Counted from the first letter of the stretch, positions 39,058-48,692 are shown. The stretch is DNA of 64,000 nucleotides from an uncultured Planctomycetota bacterium (GCA_964493415.1 CAZBND010000002.1:97678-161677), one strand, 5' to 3'. Numbers and translations: made by a program. Notes: generated by a model from the sequence alone, not told the origin.

Positions 39058-39909
39058 TTGGCGCCCGCAGGATTCCAGTTTCGGGTGGCCGCCACCTGGA
39101 AGTTCGGCCGTGCCGCCGTCGTGGCCGCCGCCGAGGCCCTCGCGCGAGGAGGGAACTGCCTGGACGCCGTCGAAAGGGGAGCCAACGCCGTCGAGCTCGA
39201 CCCCTCCGTCAATTCCGTCGGCTACGGCGGCATGCCCAACGCCTCAGGGATCGTTGAACTGGACGCGGCCATTATGCGTGGTAGCGACCTCCGGGCGGGC
39301 AGCGTTGCCGCGCTGCAGTCCATCAGGACCCCTACCTCGGTAGCTAGGGCGCTTCTACAGGAAAATCGTCACATCATGCTTGTCGGACCGGGCGCGCTGA
39401 CTTTCGCCCTCGCTCACGGGTTCAAGACGGAAGAATTGCTTACCAACGAAACCCGAAACAAGGCGGCCTCTCGACCCAGTCACGACACCGTCGGCGTCGT
39501 CGCCGTCGATGCGCAAGGTCGCATGGCGGCGGCCTGCAGCACTTCAGGCACCGCCTGGAAGCTCCCGGGAAGGGTAGGGGACTCCCCTTTGATCGGCGGG
39601 GGCCTTTACGTGGACGATACCGTCGGCGCTGCCGTCGCCACCGGTCTGGGCGAGGAGATCATGAGGGTCTGCGGTTCGTTCCTGGTCGTCGAACTCATGA
39701 GGCAGGGCGCGGAACCCGACGAGGCCTGTCGCACGGCGCTTGACCGCATCCGTAGCGCCGTCGGAGAGAATCCTGCCCAGGCTGCTTTCGTCGCGCTCAG
39801 GAACGATGGAAAGATCGCGGCAGCATCGCTCCTTCCAGGATTCTCTTTCGCTCTCACCACCGACGGCGTGACGGAACTTCTTGAGGCACCCCATGTGGCC
39901 GAGCGCTAG
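39058..39909 (+). CDS. N(4)-(beta-N-acetylglucosaminyl)-L-asparaginase / type 2 asparaginase (Ntn hydrolase)
   Basis: SVGYGGMP, LDAAIM, HD|TVG nucleophile, STSG, GRVGDSP, ATGLGE; start TTG 39058 behind AGGAGG. Confidence 0.9.
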   Translation: MAPAGFQFRVAATWKFGRAAVVAAAEALARGGNCLDAVERGANAVELDPSVNSVGYGGMPNASGIVELDAAIMRGSDLRAGSVAALQSIRTPTSVARALLQENRHIMLVGPGALTFALAHGFKTEELLTNETRNKAASRPSHDTVGVVAVDAQGRMAAACSTSGTAWKLPGRVGDSPLIGGGLYVDDTVGAAVATGLGEEIMRVCGSFLVVELMRQGAEPDEACRTALDRIRSAVGENPAQAAFVALRNDGKIAAASLLPGFSFALTTDGVTELLEAPHVAER

Positions 39910-39916
39910 CACCGCG

Positions 39917-39945
39917 TTGACACCTTCGTCCCACTGTGCTAGATT
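39917..39945 (+). promoter_or_regulatory. strong sigma70 promoter of eda-kdgK
   Basis: TTGACA, 17 nt spacer, TGcTAGATT. Confidence 0.7.
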
Positions 39946-39975
39946 TCGGTGGGCTGTTGAACAAGGAGGCTTTGC

Positions 39976-40626
39976 ATGAGAAGCAGAGAAGAGCAGGTGC
40001 AGAGAATCTGCGACTGCGGAGTCGTTGCCGTCGTCCGAACCGACACGAGCGAGGAGCTTGTCGATGTCTCCAAGGCCCTCAAGGAAGGTGGCATCGACGT
40101 AATCGAGATAACGATGACCACCCCCAATGCCCTTCAGGTTATCGCCGACGTCGCTAAGGCGATGGGAGGCGAAGTTCTCGTCGGCGTCGGTTCCGTTCTT
40201 GACCCCGAGACCGCTCGCGCCGCCATACTCGCGGGAGCCGAATTCATCGTTGCCCCCACCTACTCTCCCGCCGTCGTCGAGATGGCCCACAGGTATGGCT
40301 GCTCCGTGACTCCCGGCGCTTTCACCCCTAACGAAGTCCTCGCTGCTTGGGAGGGCGGCGCCGACATGGTGAAGATCTTTCCCGCTCGCGTCGGCGGACC
40401 CAACTATATGAAAGACCTCAGAGCCCCCATGCCTCAACTCAAGTTGGTTCCCACGGGGGGAGTTGACATCACCAACGCCGCGGAGTTCATCAAGGCAGGC
40501 GCGGCTGCGCTCGGTGTCGGCAGCGCCCTCGTGAAGAAGGACGCGGTAAAGAAAAAGGACTTCGCGACGTTGCGCAAGCTTGCGAAAGACTACGTGGCGG
40601 CAGTAGCAAAGGCAAGGGGAGCTTGA
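39976..40626 (+). CDS. eda: KDPG/KHG aldolase
   Basis: EITM, GVGSV, GAFTPNE, VKIFPA, VPTGGV. Confidence 0.93.
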   Translation: MRSREEQVQRICDCGVVAVVRTDTSEELVDVSKALKEGGIDVIEITMTTPNALQVIADVAKAMGGEVLVGVGSVLDPETARAAILAGAEFIVAPTYSPAVVEMAHRYGCSVTPGAFTPNEVLAAWEGGADMVKIFPARVGGPNYMKDLRAPMPQLKLVPTGGVDITNAAEFIKAGAAALGVGSALVKKDAVKKKDFATLRKLAKDYVAAVAKARGA

Positions 40627-40627
40627 T

Positions 40628-41611
40628 ATGTACGATGTAGTAACCTTCGGCGAGGCGATGATCCGGCTTTCGCCGCCTAACTTCGAACGTTTGGAACAAG
40701 CCCGCTCTTTCGATGCCTGCGTCGGCGGGGGCGAGATGAACGTCGCCGTCCTTGCCGCCCGCCTCGGGCTCAACTCCGCCTTTGTCACCCGCCTTCCAAA
40801 GAACCCGCTCGGGCGGATGATCTTCAACAAAATCAGGGAACAGGGCGTCGACCCGTCCAATATCATCTGGTCCGATGCCGACCGCGCAGGGCTTTACTGG
40901 GTCGAATTTGGGGCCATGCCTCGCGCCAGCTCCGTTCTCTACGACCGCGCCGGGTCCGCCATAAGCAGAATTGAACCCGGCGAGATTGACTGGCCTTCCA
41001 TTTTCGCCCAGACCAAGCTCTTCCACGTCAGCGGCATCACGCCCGCGCTCAGTCCTACCGCAGCCGAGGCGACCAAGGAAGCAGCGGTAGCCGCCAGGGA
41101 AGCGGGCATCACCGTCAGCGTCGACCTCAACTACCGCTCCAAGCTCTGGTCCGAGCACGAAGCGCAGGCATGCATGACCCAGATCATGCACGACACCGAC
41201 ATTCTTCTGACCACGGAAGAAGACACCATGCGCGTCTTCAAGATAAAACGCGACAACTACCGAGATGTCGCCAAGGAGCTCTATGAACGCTTCGGCCTCA
41301 GGGCCGTCGCCATCACCTTGCGGGAGAACGTCTCCGTCTGGCGAAACCGCTGGACCGCCATCGCCTATGCTGATGGCAAGTTCTACGATGACGTCACCTA
41401 CGACGTGGAGATCGTCGATCGCATAGGCGCGGGTGATTCCTTCACCGCCGGTTTCATCTACGGATATCTCCAGGGAGACATACAACTCGGCGTCCGCACT
41501 GGAAATGCCGCCGCCGCCGTCAAGCATTCGATGCCCGGCGACCTCAACTGGACCAGCTTGGAAGAGGTGAAGAAACTGGCTGAGGGCGGCGGCCTTAGGA
41601 TTGTTCGATAG
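40628..41611 (+). CDS. kdgK: 2-keto-3-deoxygluconate kinase (PfkB)
   Basis: FGEAMIRL, GGEMNVA, VSGITPA, DLNYRSKLW, DRIGAGDSF. Confidence 0.9.
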   Translation: MYDVVTFGEAMIRLSPPNFERLEQARSFDACVGGGEMNVAVLAARLGLNSAFVTRLPKNPLGRMIFNKIREQGVDPSNIIWSDADRAGLYWVEFGAMPRASSVLYDRAGSAISRIEPGEIDWPSIFAQTKLFHVSGITPALSPTAAEATKEAAVAAREAGITVSVDLNYRSKLWSEHEAQACMTQIMHDTDILLTTEEDTMRVFKIKRDNYRDVAKELYERFGLRAVAITLRENVSVWRNRWTAIAYADGKFYDDVTYDVEIVDRIGAGDSFTAGFIYGYLQGDIQLGVRTGNAAAAVKHSMPGDLNWTSLEEVKKLAEGGGLRIVR

Positions 41612-43115
41612 TTCTTTGCGGCGGCCCTTTGCCGCCGGTTCGGGGGTAATCGTGAAGTCGATCGTGTTCTGCCTCTCATTGATCTCGCTCGTCTTGTCTG
41701 TTCAGCCGGGGCTCGCCGGCGAGCAGCCCGTTCCCTCCCAGCCCGCCGCAATAGACATTGCACCATCGCCGACTGAGCCGCTTTCTGCCGGGCCGAGCCC
41801 TCCTCCCGAGGGCTCACAAGCCCCGACGCCTCTGCCCGGCAATGTCGCTGCTACTGTAAACGGACGTGAGATATCTACGATTGACTACTACAGTGCCCTT
41901 GTCGAGCTTATCGGGGACACGGCGCTCAACTTCCTCATAACTCAAATGGTCGTCGACCAGGCATTGCGTGCCAGAGGACTGGAGATCGACCAGAATGCGG
42001 TCGATGCGCGTCTGGCGGCTATAGAGCAGCAGGTGGCCCCAAATTCCCTGGAAGATTACATACGGAGTACCGGACTCACCGACGATATCTTTCAGTCTGT
42101 GATTCGATCAGGCATCGGCACCGAAACACTGATGCGCGCGGAGGCGGGCATACCCCCCGACGCACCGTTTCCCGCCAACCTCAATCCTGAGCAGTGGTTT
42201 CGAGATGGCCTTCTGCCCACGGCGCAAATCGAGCGAACGAAGGAAACCGCGCCAGACGGCGTCGCCGCCGTTGTTAACGGCGAGAAAATCCCCTCCAAGC
42301 ACTGGCTCCACTACTGCCGTGAACTCGCTGCCGACGCAAACGAGGCCAGACTCCTTCAACAACTCATCGATGAAGAGCTTGTTCACCAGGAGCTTGAAAA
42401 AGCCAACGTGGTCATTTCCGAACAGGACGCCGAAGAGGAAATCGCCGTTCAGAAGAAACTGTTCGAAGAGGATCCGCGTAGCGGCGATATGAGCTTTCAG
42501 GAATACCTGCTAGCTCAGGGACAGACGCTGGAATCGCTTAAGCAGTCGCAGGCGTTCCTTTTCTCGCTCGGCGCGCAGCGCCTCATTGCGGCCGAGTTGC
42601 CGGAGGATGAGATTCAACAGTACTTCGAGGGGCAGAAGGAAAGGCTCGGCGAAAAGCTCGTCCGGGCGCGTCATATTCTTGTCAGGAAGCTTGACCCCGA
42701 AACCCAGAAGCCCGATTTCGACAAGGCTCTCGCCGAGATCAAGCAGTTGCGAACACAGATCGAGAACGGTGCTGAATTCGGCGCCGTCGCTGCCGGCCAC
42801 ACCGAAGATGTTGCGACCCGGAACCGTGGCGGCGACCTGGGATACTTCGCCAGAGGCAGGATGGTCCCGCAATTCGCCGATGTCGCCTTCTCGCTTGATA
42901 AGGGCGAGCTATCACAGCCTGTCAAGACCGAATACGGCTACCACCTCATCCTGGTGATCGATATAGTCCCTGCCAGGGATGTGGCGCTTGAAGAAGTGCG
43001 TGACAGGATTGTCCGCGAGATGGTCTCGCTACGTCGTCAAGACTGGATTCTTTCGCTCAGAGCGGCGGCAAATGTGCGCAAGAATGTCGCCATGTTCGGA
43101 CCCGGAGTGCAATAA
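41601..43115 (+). CDS. secreted SurA/PrsA-like peptidyl-prolyl isomerase (parvulin)
   Basis: Signal peptide, two ATVNG/AVVNG SurA_N-like segments, RARHIL, GGDLGYF, KTEYGYHLI; start may be GTG near 41652. Confidence 0.85.
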   Translation: MFDSSLRRPFAAGSGVIVKSIVFCLSLISLVLSVQPGLAGEQPVPSQPAAIDIAPSPTEPLSAGPSPPPEGSQAPTPLPGNVAATVNGREISTIDYYSALVELIGDTALNFLITQMVVDQALRARGLEIDQNAVDARLAAIEQQVAPNSLEDYIRSTGLTDDIFQSVIRSGIGTETLMRAEAGIPPDAPFPANLNPEQWFRDGLLPTAQIERTKETAPDGVAAVVNGEKIPSKHWLHYCRELAADANEARLLQQLIDEELVHQELEKANVVISEQDAEEEIAVQKKLFEEDPRSGDMSFQEYLLAQGQTLESLKQSQAFLFSLGAQRLIAAELPEDEIQQYFEGQKERLGEKLVRARHILVRKLDPETQKPDFDKALAEIKQLRTQIENGAEFGAVAAGHTEDVATRNRGGDLGYFARGRMVPQFADVAFSLDKGELSQPVKTEYGYHLILVIDIVPARDVALEEVRDRIVREMVSLRRQDWILSLRAAANVRKNVAMFGPGVQ

Positions 43116-43134
43116 GCATTCGTGGAGGAAAAGT

Positions 43135-44106
43135 ATGGAGGTCAAAGTAGGCTTCATCGGTGCAGGCGGCATCGCCAATAACCACATGAACAAACTGGCT
43201 AAGATCGACGGCGCCAAGGTTACCGCCGTCTGCGACATCGACGAAGCCAGGGCGGAATCAGTCGCGGAAAGCCGCGGTGCGACCCCCTACACGGATTACC
43301 GCGCTCTCCTCGACAAAGAAGACCTGGACTGCCTCTTCATCTGCCTTCCCCCCTTTGCCCACGCGGGCCAGGAGCTTGACGCTATCCACCTCGGGCTACC
43401 CCTGTTCGTAGAAAAGCCCGTCACTTTGGACCTCGATTACGCCGCCAAAGTTGCAGACGCCGCTGCCGAGGCTGGAGTTATGACCTCCGTGGGTTACCTC
43501 TTCCGGTACTCCGACCTCGTCGCCAAAGCGAAGGAACTCTTGACCGGCACAAAGCCTAACCTGTTCGTGAGCCGCTATCTGTGTCCGCTCCCCAAGTCAC
43601 AGTGGTGGGGCGTGCGGGAGAGATCCGGCGGCCAGCTCGTGGAGCAGGTCACTCACCACATCGACATCGCGCGCTGGGTTATGGGCGACATCGACAGGGT
43701 GGCCGCTTCGGGTGTTCGGAACATCCTGCCCGAATCCGAGGTCTTCGATGTTGAGGATACCTCCGCGCTGATTCTGAATTTCAAGAGCGGGGCCTTGGGT
43801 ACGGTCTCCTGCACTTGCGTCCTGGACAAGCGCTGGAACTCCGAGGTTGATTTCGTCGCCAGGGGCCTGAGGGTGGAAGTGTTTCTCGCCCCCGTCGCGA
43901 AAATGCGATGGTCCAACGGCAGCGTCGAAGAGCTCGACGGGGCCGTTGACCCCTATCTGGAACAAGACAAGGCTTTCATACACGCGGTCAGGACTGGCGA
44001 TGCGTCAGGCATCCGTTGCGACTACGAAGACGCCATAGCCAGCCTCCGTGTTAGCCTCGCCGCCGCAAAATCCATCGAGTCCGGCGGCCAATGGGCGGAC
44101 GTCTGA
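43135..44106 (+). CDS. Gfo/Idh/MocA family oxidoreductase
   Basis: GFIGAGGIA, VEKP, GGQLVEQVTHHID; start ATG 43135. Confidence 0.92.
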   Translation: MEVKVGFIGAGGIANNHMNKLAKIDGAKVTAVCDIDEARAESVAESRGATPYTDYRALLDKEDLDCLFICLPPFAHAGQELDAIHLGLPLFVEKPVTLDLDYAAKVADAAAEAGVMTSVGYLFRYSDLVAKAKELLTGTKPNLFVSRYLCPLPKSQWWGVRERSGGQLVEQVTHHIDIARWVMGDIDRVAASGVRNILPESEVFDVEDTSALILNFKSGALGTVSCTCVLDKRWNSEVDFVARGLRVEVFLAPVAKMRWSNGSVEELDGAVDPYLEQDKAFIHAVRTGDASGIRCDYEDAIASLRVSLAAAKSIESGGQWADV

Positions 44107-44135
44107 CAGAACAACTTTTCTTGTGAGGTTTCCTT

Positions 44136-44333
44136 ATGAAAATAGGAAAAATTGTCAAGGACGAGGGAGGCGGATACCATATCGGCGTGTGTCTCTTCCT
44201 GAAAACTCCCGAAGAGCGCACGGAGGAGTTCAGGGACGGACTGATCAAGAAGCTCTTCCAGATTTTCCCCGACGCTCAGCCCGCTGACCACGACCACTAC
44301 CTGGTTCACTCAAGGCACGAGCTTAAGGTCTAA
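44136..44333 (+). CDS. hypothetical small protein (65 aa)
   Basis: GAGG RBS, fills an otherwise empty gap, protein-like composition. Confidence 0.55.
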   Translation: MKIGKIVKDEGGGYHIGVCLFLKTPEERTEEFRDGLIKKLFQIFPDAQPADHDHYLVHSRHELKV

Positions 44334-44340
44334 CGCCCCG

Positions 44341-45504
44341 TCACGTCGGTAAAACGGCTATGTCGCGGATGCCGCTCACCGTCGTGATCCCGTTCACGTT
44401 GACCCCCCGCAGCCCCGGCAGCTTCGACACCAGCCCGCTGTCTATGTCGAAAACGCAGATGTCCCCCTCGCGCGTCTTGTACCCGAGCTGGTTCGCCGAC
44501 CCCACCACTACGTAGTGGCCTCCCGCTATGTTCGCGTATGCCAGCGCCCCCGTTCCGTCCACTCCCTTTTCGTACTCCCTGAATGGCGCTTCCGGGGACT
44601 CATCATACCATGCGTATACCTTATTGAATCCCTGTCGGTTGTAGCTCCCCGCAAACACCATCGTCCGCCCGTTGATCTCTGCCACGTCCAATGCCGTGAT
44701 GAATGAATCTGACCCCTTGTAAGTCGCCTCCGGCTCCTTGGGCCTGAATATCGACCACCGCCTCACCTCGTCACTTCCCGCGTACACCTTGTTGTTCACC
44801 ACCGCGATGCTGGAGATATTTCTCCCCGACCCCTCGAAGGTCCTCACCAGGTTGATCTTCTCCGGATTCTTCGCGTCGATCAGAAAATCATATACTACGC
44901 CCTCCGACGTGAACGCATCCACGGTGAACAGGTGCCACTCCAGCCCGATGCGTTTCGCCAGACCCGTCGCGGTCCCTAACGGTTTTGTCCCTTGAATGTG
45001 AATCGGATTCGTCGGATCGTTCAGTCGAAATAGGTAGATTCCCTCCCCACCGAAACCCGTCGCGAAAATGCACGGCTCACCGTCAACGTTCTCATATTGC
45101 ACGTAGCCCACCTGGGACATGGTGTTGTGCTTGTACTCCCTCTCGACCTCCCCGGTCGCCTCGTCGATTACCGTCACTCCCCGGATGGTCCCCGCCAGAA
45201 TTTTCAGCGCTCCCCCTATCCTCGCGTAGGCAACCGCGGCCACGACGTTCCTGTCCTGGTAGCGCGAAAATCCCCCAGGGTGCTCCGAGTCGTACTGCAC
45301 GACCCTCTGTCCGCTCCCGTTCGCCACCAGAATCTTCGCCTTGTTGAGGAACTCGAACCGCGTCAGATACTTTCCCAGCGAAGATTCCAGCTGGTCGCAC
45401 ACCGAGCGCACAAACTGCATGGCGTCCGGCGGGCATTCCGTCTGAAGTTCCGACAGAACCCGCTGCACCTCTCCGTGGAAGTAACGCGTTATCTCACTGC
45501 TCAA
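44341..45504 (-). CDS. hypothetical protein, probable beta-propeller (WD40-like) with N-terminal helical domain
   Basis: AGGAGG RBS; blade-like repeats ISSIAVVNNKVYAGSD..VRRW, ITALDV...VFAGS..KVYAW, ALAYA...VVVGS..DICVFD. Confidence 0.7.
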   Translation of the reverse strand: MSSEITRYFHGEVQRVLSELQTECPPDAMQFVRSVCDQLESSLGKYLTRFEFLNKAKILVANGSGQRVVQYDSEHPGGFSRYQDRNVVAAVAYARIGGALKILAGTIRGVTVIDEATGEVEREYKHNTMSQVGYVQYENVDGEPCIFATGFGGEGIYLFRLNDPTNPIHIQGTKPLGTATGLAKRIGLEWHLFTVDAFTSEGVVYDFLIDAKNPEKINLVRTFEGSGRNISSIAVVNNKVYAGSDEVRRWSIFRPKEPEATYKGSDSFITALDVAEINGRTMVFAGSYNRQGFNKVYAWYDESPEAPFREYEKGVDGTGALAYANIAGGHYVVVGSANQLGYKTREGDICVFDIDSGLVSKLPGLRGVNVNGITTVSGIRDIAVLPT

Positions 45505-45659
45505 ATGCTCCTCCTGATTCCCGCATCTTTAACTCACCAAAACCATCTTCCCCGACCGCGCCCGTTTCGTCAAGCCCATTGTCCTCTCGTTGGACTCCGT
45601 TCCACCGCGGATCGGCCAAACGTGCGTGGATTAGTATCCGGCGCGTCTTGCTCGGGCCT

Positions 45660-46232
45660 CTAAGGCCCCTTTCGCATCCGCTTCTCGCTGCACGAGACGC
45701 ACAACATCTTGCCTTTCACCTCCCGCAGGCGCGTCACCATCGCCGGTTCGCCGCAGCGCTCGCACACGGCTGATTGTCGTATCTTCGCCTTCGGAGGCAG
45801 GTCGAGCTTCACCCGAGACGTTCTGAATAGCTCCCCGCGCGGCGCGTTCAGTATCTCCAGCATCCGCGTAATCGGATCCCGCTTTCTCCTTCTTGGATTC
45901 GCGTCAGTTGGTGCCCTCCACGAAACCCTCACGGCACGCCCGTCGCCCCGCCGCGCAAAGGTGAACACCTGCTTGCCGTAATCGCGGAAGAAGAGATTCC
46001 CCTTGCCGAAGGTGCAGCCCGTCAGGTGTTGCACCGCATCCACGCCGCAAGCGTCGTTTTCCACGATGGCAATCAGTTCCTCGTCTCTCGCCCTCTCGAC
46101 CTTAAGTGTGGCAAGACCAGCCTTCGCCGCTCTGTACCCGATTGCCAGACCAGGGCAAATGTGTCCATGGAAGGCTGCCGCATCCATGAAATCCGCCGGA
46201 AGGCTTGCAGCGTCTATCTTCGCCTTCGCCAT
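45660..46232 (-). CDS. FmdE family protein with C-terminal C4 zinc finger
   Basis: FHGHICPGLAIG, ENDACGVDAVQ, GCTFGKGN, CERCGE...CVSC. Confidence 0.9.
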   Translation of the reverse strand: MAKAKIDAASLPADFMDAAAFHGHICPGLAIGYRAAKAGLATLKVERARDEELIAIVENDACGVDAVQHLTGCTFGKGNLFFRDYGKQVFTFARRGDGRAVRVSWRAPTDANPRRRKRDPITRMLEILNAPRGELFRTSRVKLDLPPKAKIRQSAVCERCGEPAMVTRLREVKGKMLCVSCSEKRMRKGP

Positions 46233-46271
46233 TGTTCTCCCTCACACAACACAATCGGAAGAGCCGTCCAC

Positions 46272-47702
46272 TCACAACTGCCGTCGTGCGTGGACGTGCG
46301 CTTCGTCCGTTCCCACGTCTTCAAGGAACTTGACATACGTCTTATGAAGTCGCCTCGCCGCGTCCGTGTTCTTCGACAACACATTGAGGCTCTGGCGTGG
46401 ATCTTTGCGAATGTCATACAACTCTGGACTCGCTTCCCCGGGCTTCGCTATCTCCATGCGCCGTGCCCTGCTGTCGACCGCCGCCGTCTCCGCCATGCAC
46501 AGCTCCTCTCCGGCCTTACCCCCGTATATCAACGTCCACTCCGATGTCGATATCGTGCTCCGCACGAAGGGATTCGGCCCATGGGTGATGCAGGGAGACG
46601 ACACCGCGAAGCCCCTCACCGCTCGCTTCTCGCCCTTCAACACCGGCACCAATGAGGTGCCGTGGATCTCCGGAGGCTTTCTGATGCCGGCAAGCTCCAG
46701 CAGCGTCGGCGCGATATCCCATGGCTGCGCAAACCCCTTCACCCTTCGCCCGCCAGACTTCCCCGGCAATGACATAATCAGCGGGATGTCTGCCACCTCA
46801 CGGTACAGCGGCTCATACCTCATCCGCCCCTTGGCTATCCGAAGCTTCCCTATCATGCCGTGTTCGCCGTGGTAGAACCCGTGATCCGTGGTGAATATCA
46901 CCAGCGTGTTTTCAAAGAGCCCCAGGTCCTCTATCTTCTCCAGCAGCGACCCCACCCACCTGTCCACCAGACTCACCTCTCCGGCGTACAGCGCCCGCAC
47001 GTGCGCAAGCTCCTTTTTGGTCAAGTAGTCCGCGTCGCCGTAAATGGGATAGATAACCTCCTCGCCTTCGTATCCCTTCTCGTACAGTTCGAGGTAGTGC
47101 TTAGGCGGATCCCACGGTTCGTGCGGATCGAACGTGTCCACATAGAGGAAAAAGCTGTCCCGCTTGTAGTTCCGTTCCAGCCATCTCTTCGCTTCCCGCA
47201 TCGTTTGTGCGACGAAGTAATCCTCCTCGTACGCCCGATCTGAGACGTTGCGCAGATATTGCCCGACCACCCTTTCACCCGACCGCAGTTTCTCCGGCTT
47301 GCACGGAAACCTCACCTCTTCTGGATCCGTACGCAGGCGGTCGTTCTCCTGGCCCCGGATCCACTGCCACCCGTCAAACCCTCTGTCGAAGTTGTACCCC
47401 TGCTGGAGGATGTGCGGCGTGTCCGCCACCATCATGCTCGTGTATCCCTTCTCACGGAGCATCTCCGGCAGCACCACCTCATCACCTTGCAGCCTCCCCC
47501 AGTCCGTGTACGTGAAACTCGCTTTTCCTGTCAGAGTGTCACGCCGGTTGGGAACCGTCGGGAAAGACCCCGCATACGCCCCGTCGAACACCACGCTTCG
47601 TTTCGCAAATCTGTCCAGGTGCGGGGTCGAGATCCGCTTGTTTCCGTAGCAGCCAAGGTGGTCCTTTCTGAAAGTGTCCGCTATTATCAGAATGAAGTTC
47701 AT
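46272..47702 (-). CDS. sulfatase-like hydrolase with Thr at the nucleophile position
   Basis: ADTFRKDH, SFPTVPNRRDTLTG, FDPHEPWD, TTDHG. Confidence 0.85.
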   Translation of the reverse strand: MNFILIIADTFRKDHLGCYGNKRISTPHLDRFAKRSVVFDGAYAGSFPTVPNRRDTLTGKASFTYTDWGRLQGDEVVLPEMLREKGYTSMMVADTPHILQQGYNFDRGFDGWQWIRGQENDRLRTDPEEVRFPCKPEKLRSGERVVGQYLRNVSDRAYEEDYFVAQTMREAKRWLERNYKRDSFFLYVDTFDPHEPWDPPKHYLELYEKGYEGEEVIYPIYGDADYLTKKELAHVRALYAGEVSLVDRWVGSLLEKIEDLGLFENTLVIFTTDHGFYHGEHGMIGKLRIAKGRMRYEPLYREVADIPLIMSLPGKSGGRRVKGFAQPWDIAPTLLELAGIRKPPEIHGTSLVPVLKGEKRAVRGFAVSSPCITHGPNPFVRSTISTSEWTLIYGGKAGEELCMAETAAVDSRARRMEIAKPGEASPELYDIRKDPRQSLNVLSKNTDAARRLHKTYVKFLEDVGTDEAHVHARRQL

Positions 47703-47762
47703 CGCTTTCCTTTCCGACGCTTGTCACTCGACGCTGCCGCCTCGCCCCGCATCCACCGCCGA

Positions 47763-48626
47763 TCAGTATAGTGCCGAGGCGAGCCTTGAACGGTATTCCC
47801 GCGCGAGGGGAGAGGAATGCCCCAGTGTGCCGAATATCCTCACCATGTCATCCTTTGCAACTTCCTCATGGTAGGTCTTGTCTTTTTGAACGATCTGGAG
47901 CAGGAGGTCCAGAGCGCCTTCGTATCGCTCTTCTGCAGCCAGGCACCTTGCCAAGTCGAACTTCGCATCAAGCGAATCCGGCGCATTCCTGTGCTTCTCT
48001 TCCGCCGCTTTCAATCCGCCGCACCGTCGGCAAGTCTTTTCAAATTCAATGCCTGCCAGAAGTTTTACCGCACTTTCAAATTCCGGCGTCCCTTCCGACA
48101 CCTCCGCAAACTCAGCCGCCGCTTCTTCGAAGTCGGCGGACCTCAGAGCCAGCTTCCCTTTCTCCAGATGGGCACGCGAGTGCGAGGGGCTAATCCGCAG
48201 CGCTTCCTCTAACTTCCGCTTCCCACTCTCCAGGTCGCCGCCGGAGATGAGGGCGACCGCTTCCTCCACCAGGATATCCTCTCGCGAGGGCAGCGCTCTC
48301 TCCAAAAACGACCTTATGCTGTCCTCCGGGATCAACCCCACGAACTCCGATACAACTTCCCCTTTGCTGAAAAGTTTCACCGTCGGAACCCCGGTAATTC
48401 CCAGGCGCGACGCCACAACCGGATTCTCCTCTACATCCAGCTTCGCCAGCCTCACCCGCCCCGCCATCTCCTTTATGACCCGCTCCAGGACCGGCGAAAG
48501 CGCCTTGCACGGCTCGCACCACGGCGCCCAGAAATCCACGGCAATCGGCGTACCCTCGGACGCCTCAAGCACCTCTTCCGCGAATGTCGCATCGCTTGTA
48601 TCGAAGATTACGGCCTCGCCGTTCAT
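47763..48626 (-). CDS. thioredoxin-TPR protein (YbbN/CnoX type)
   Basis: VDFWAPWCEPC followed by TPR repeats and YRSRLASALY; start ATG 48626. Confidence 0.9.
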   Translation of the reverse strand: MNGEAVIFDTSDATFAEEVLEASEGTPIAVDFWAPWCEPCKALSPVLERVIKEMAGRVRLAKLDVEENPVVASRLGITGVPTVKLFSKGEVVSEFVGLIPEDSIRSFLERALPSREDILVEEAVALISGGDLESGKRKLEEALRISPSHSRAHLEKGKLALRSADFEEAAAEFAEVSEGTPEFESAVKLLAGIEFEKTCRRCGGLKAAEEKHRNAPDSLDAKFDLARCLAAEERYEGALDLLLQIVQKDKTYHEEVAKDDMVRIFGTLGHSSPLAREYRSRLASALY

Positions 48627-48663
48627 CGCCCTCCCTTTCGAAGCTCCCCGCTCCGTTCGACCA

Positions 48664-48692
48664 ACCATAATAGCAAAACGTTCACCAGTCAA
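48664..48692 (-). promoter_or_regulatory. promoter of the thioredoxin-TPR gene
   Basis: Minus strand TTGACT, 17 nt spacer, TATGGT. Confidence 0.5.

Noticed and set aside
39544-41527. Long minus-strand ORFs 39544-40866 and 40490-41527
   Set aside because: Shadows of eda and kdgK
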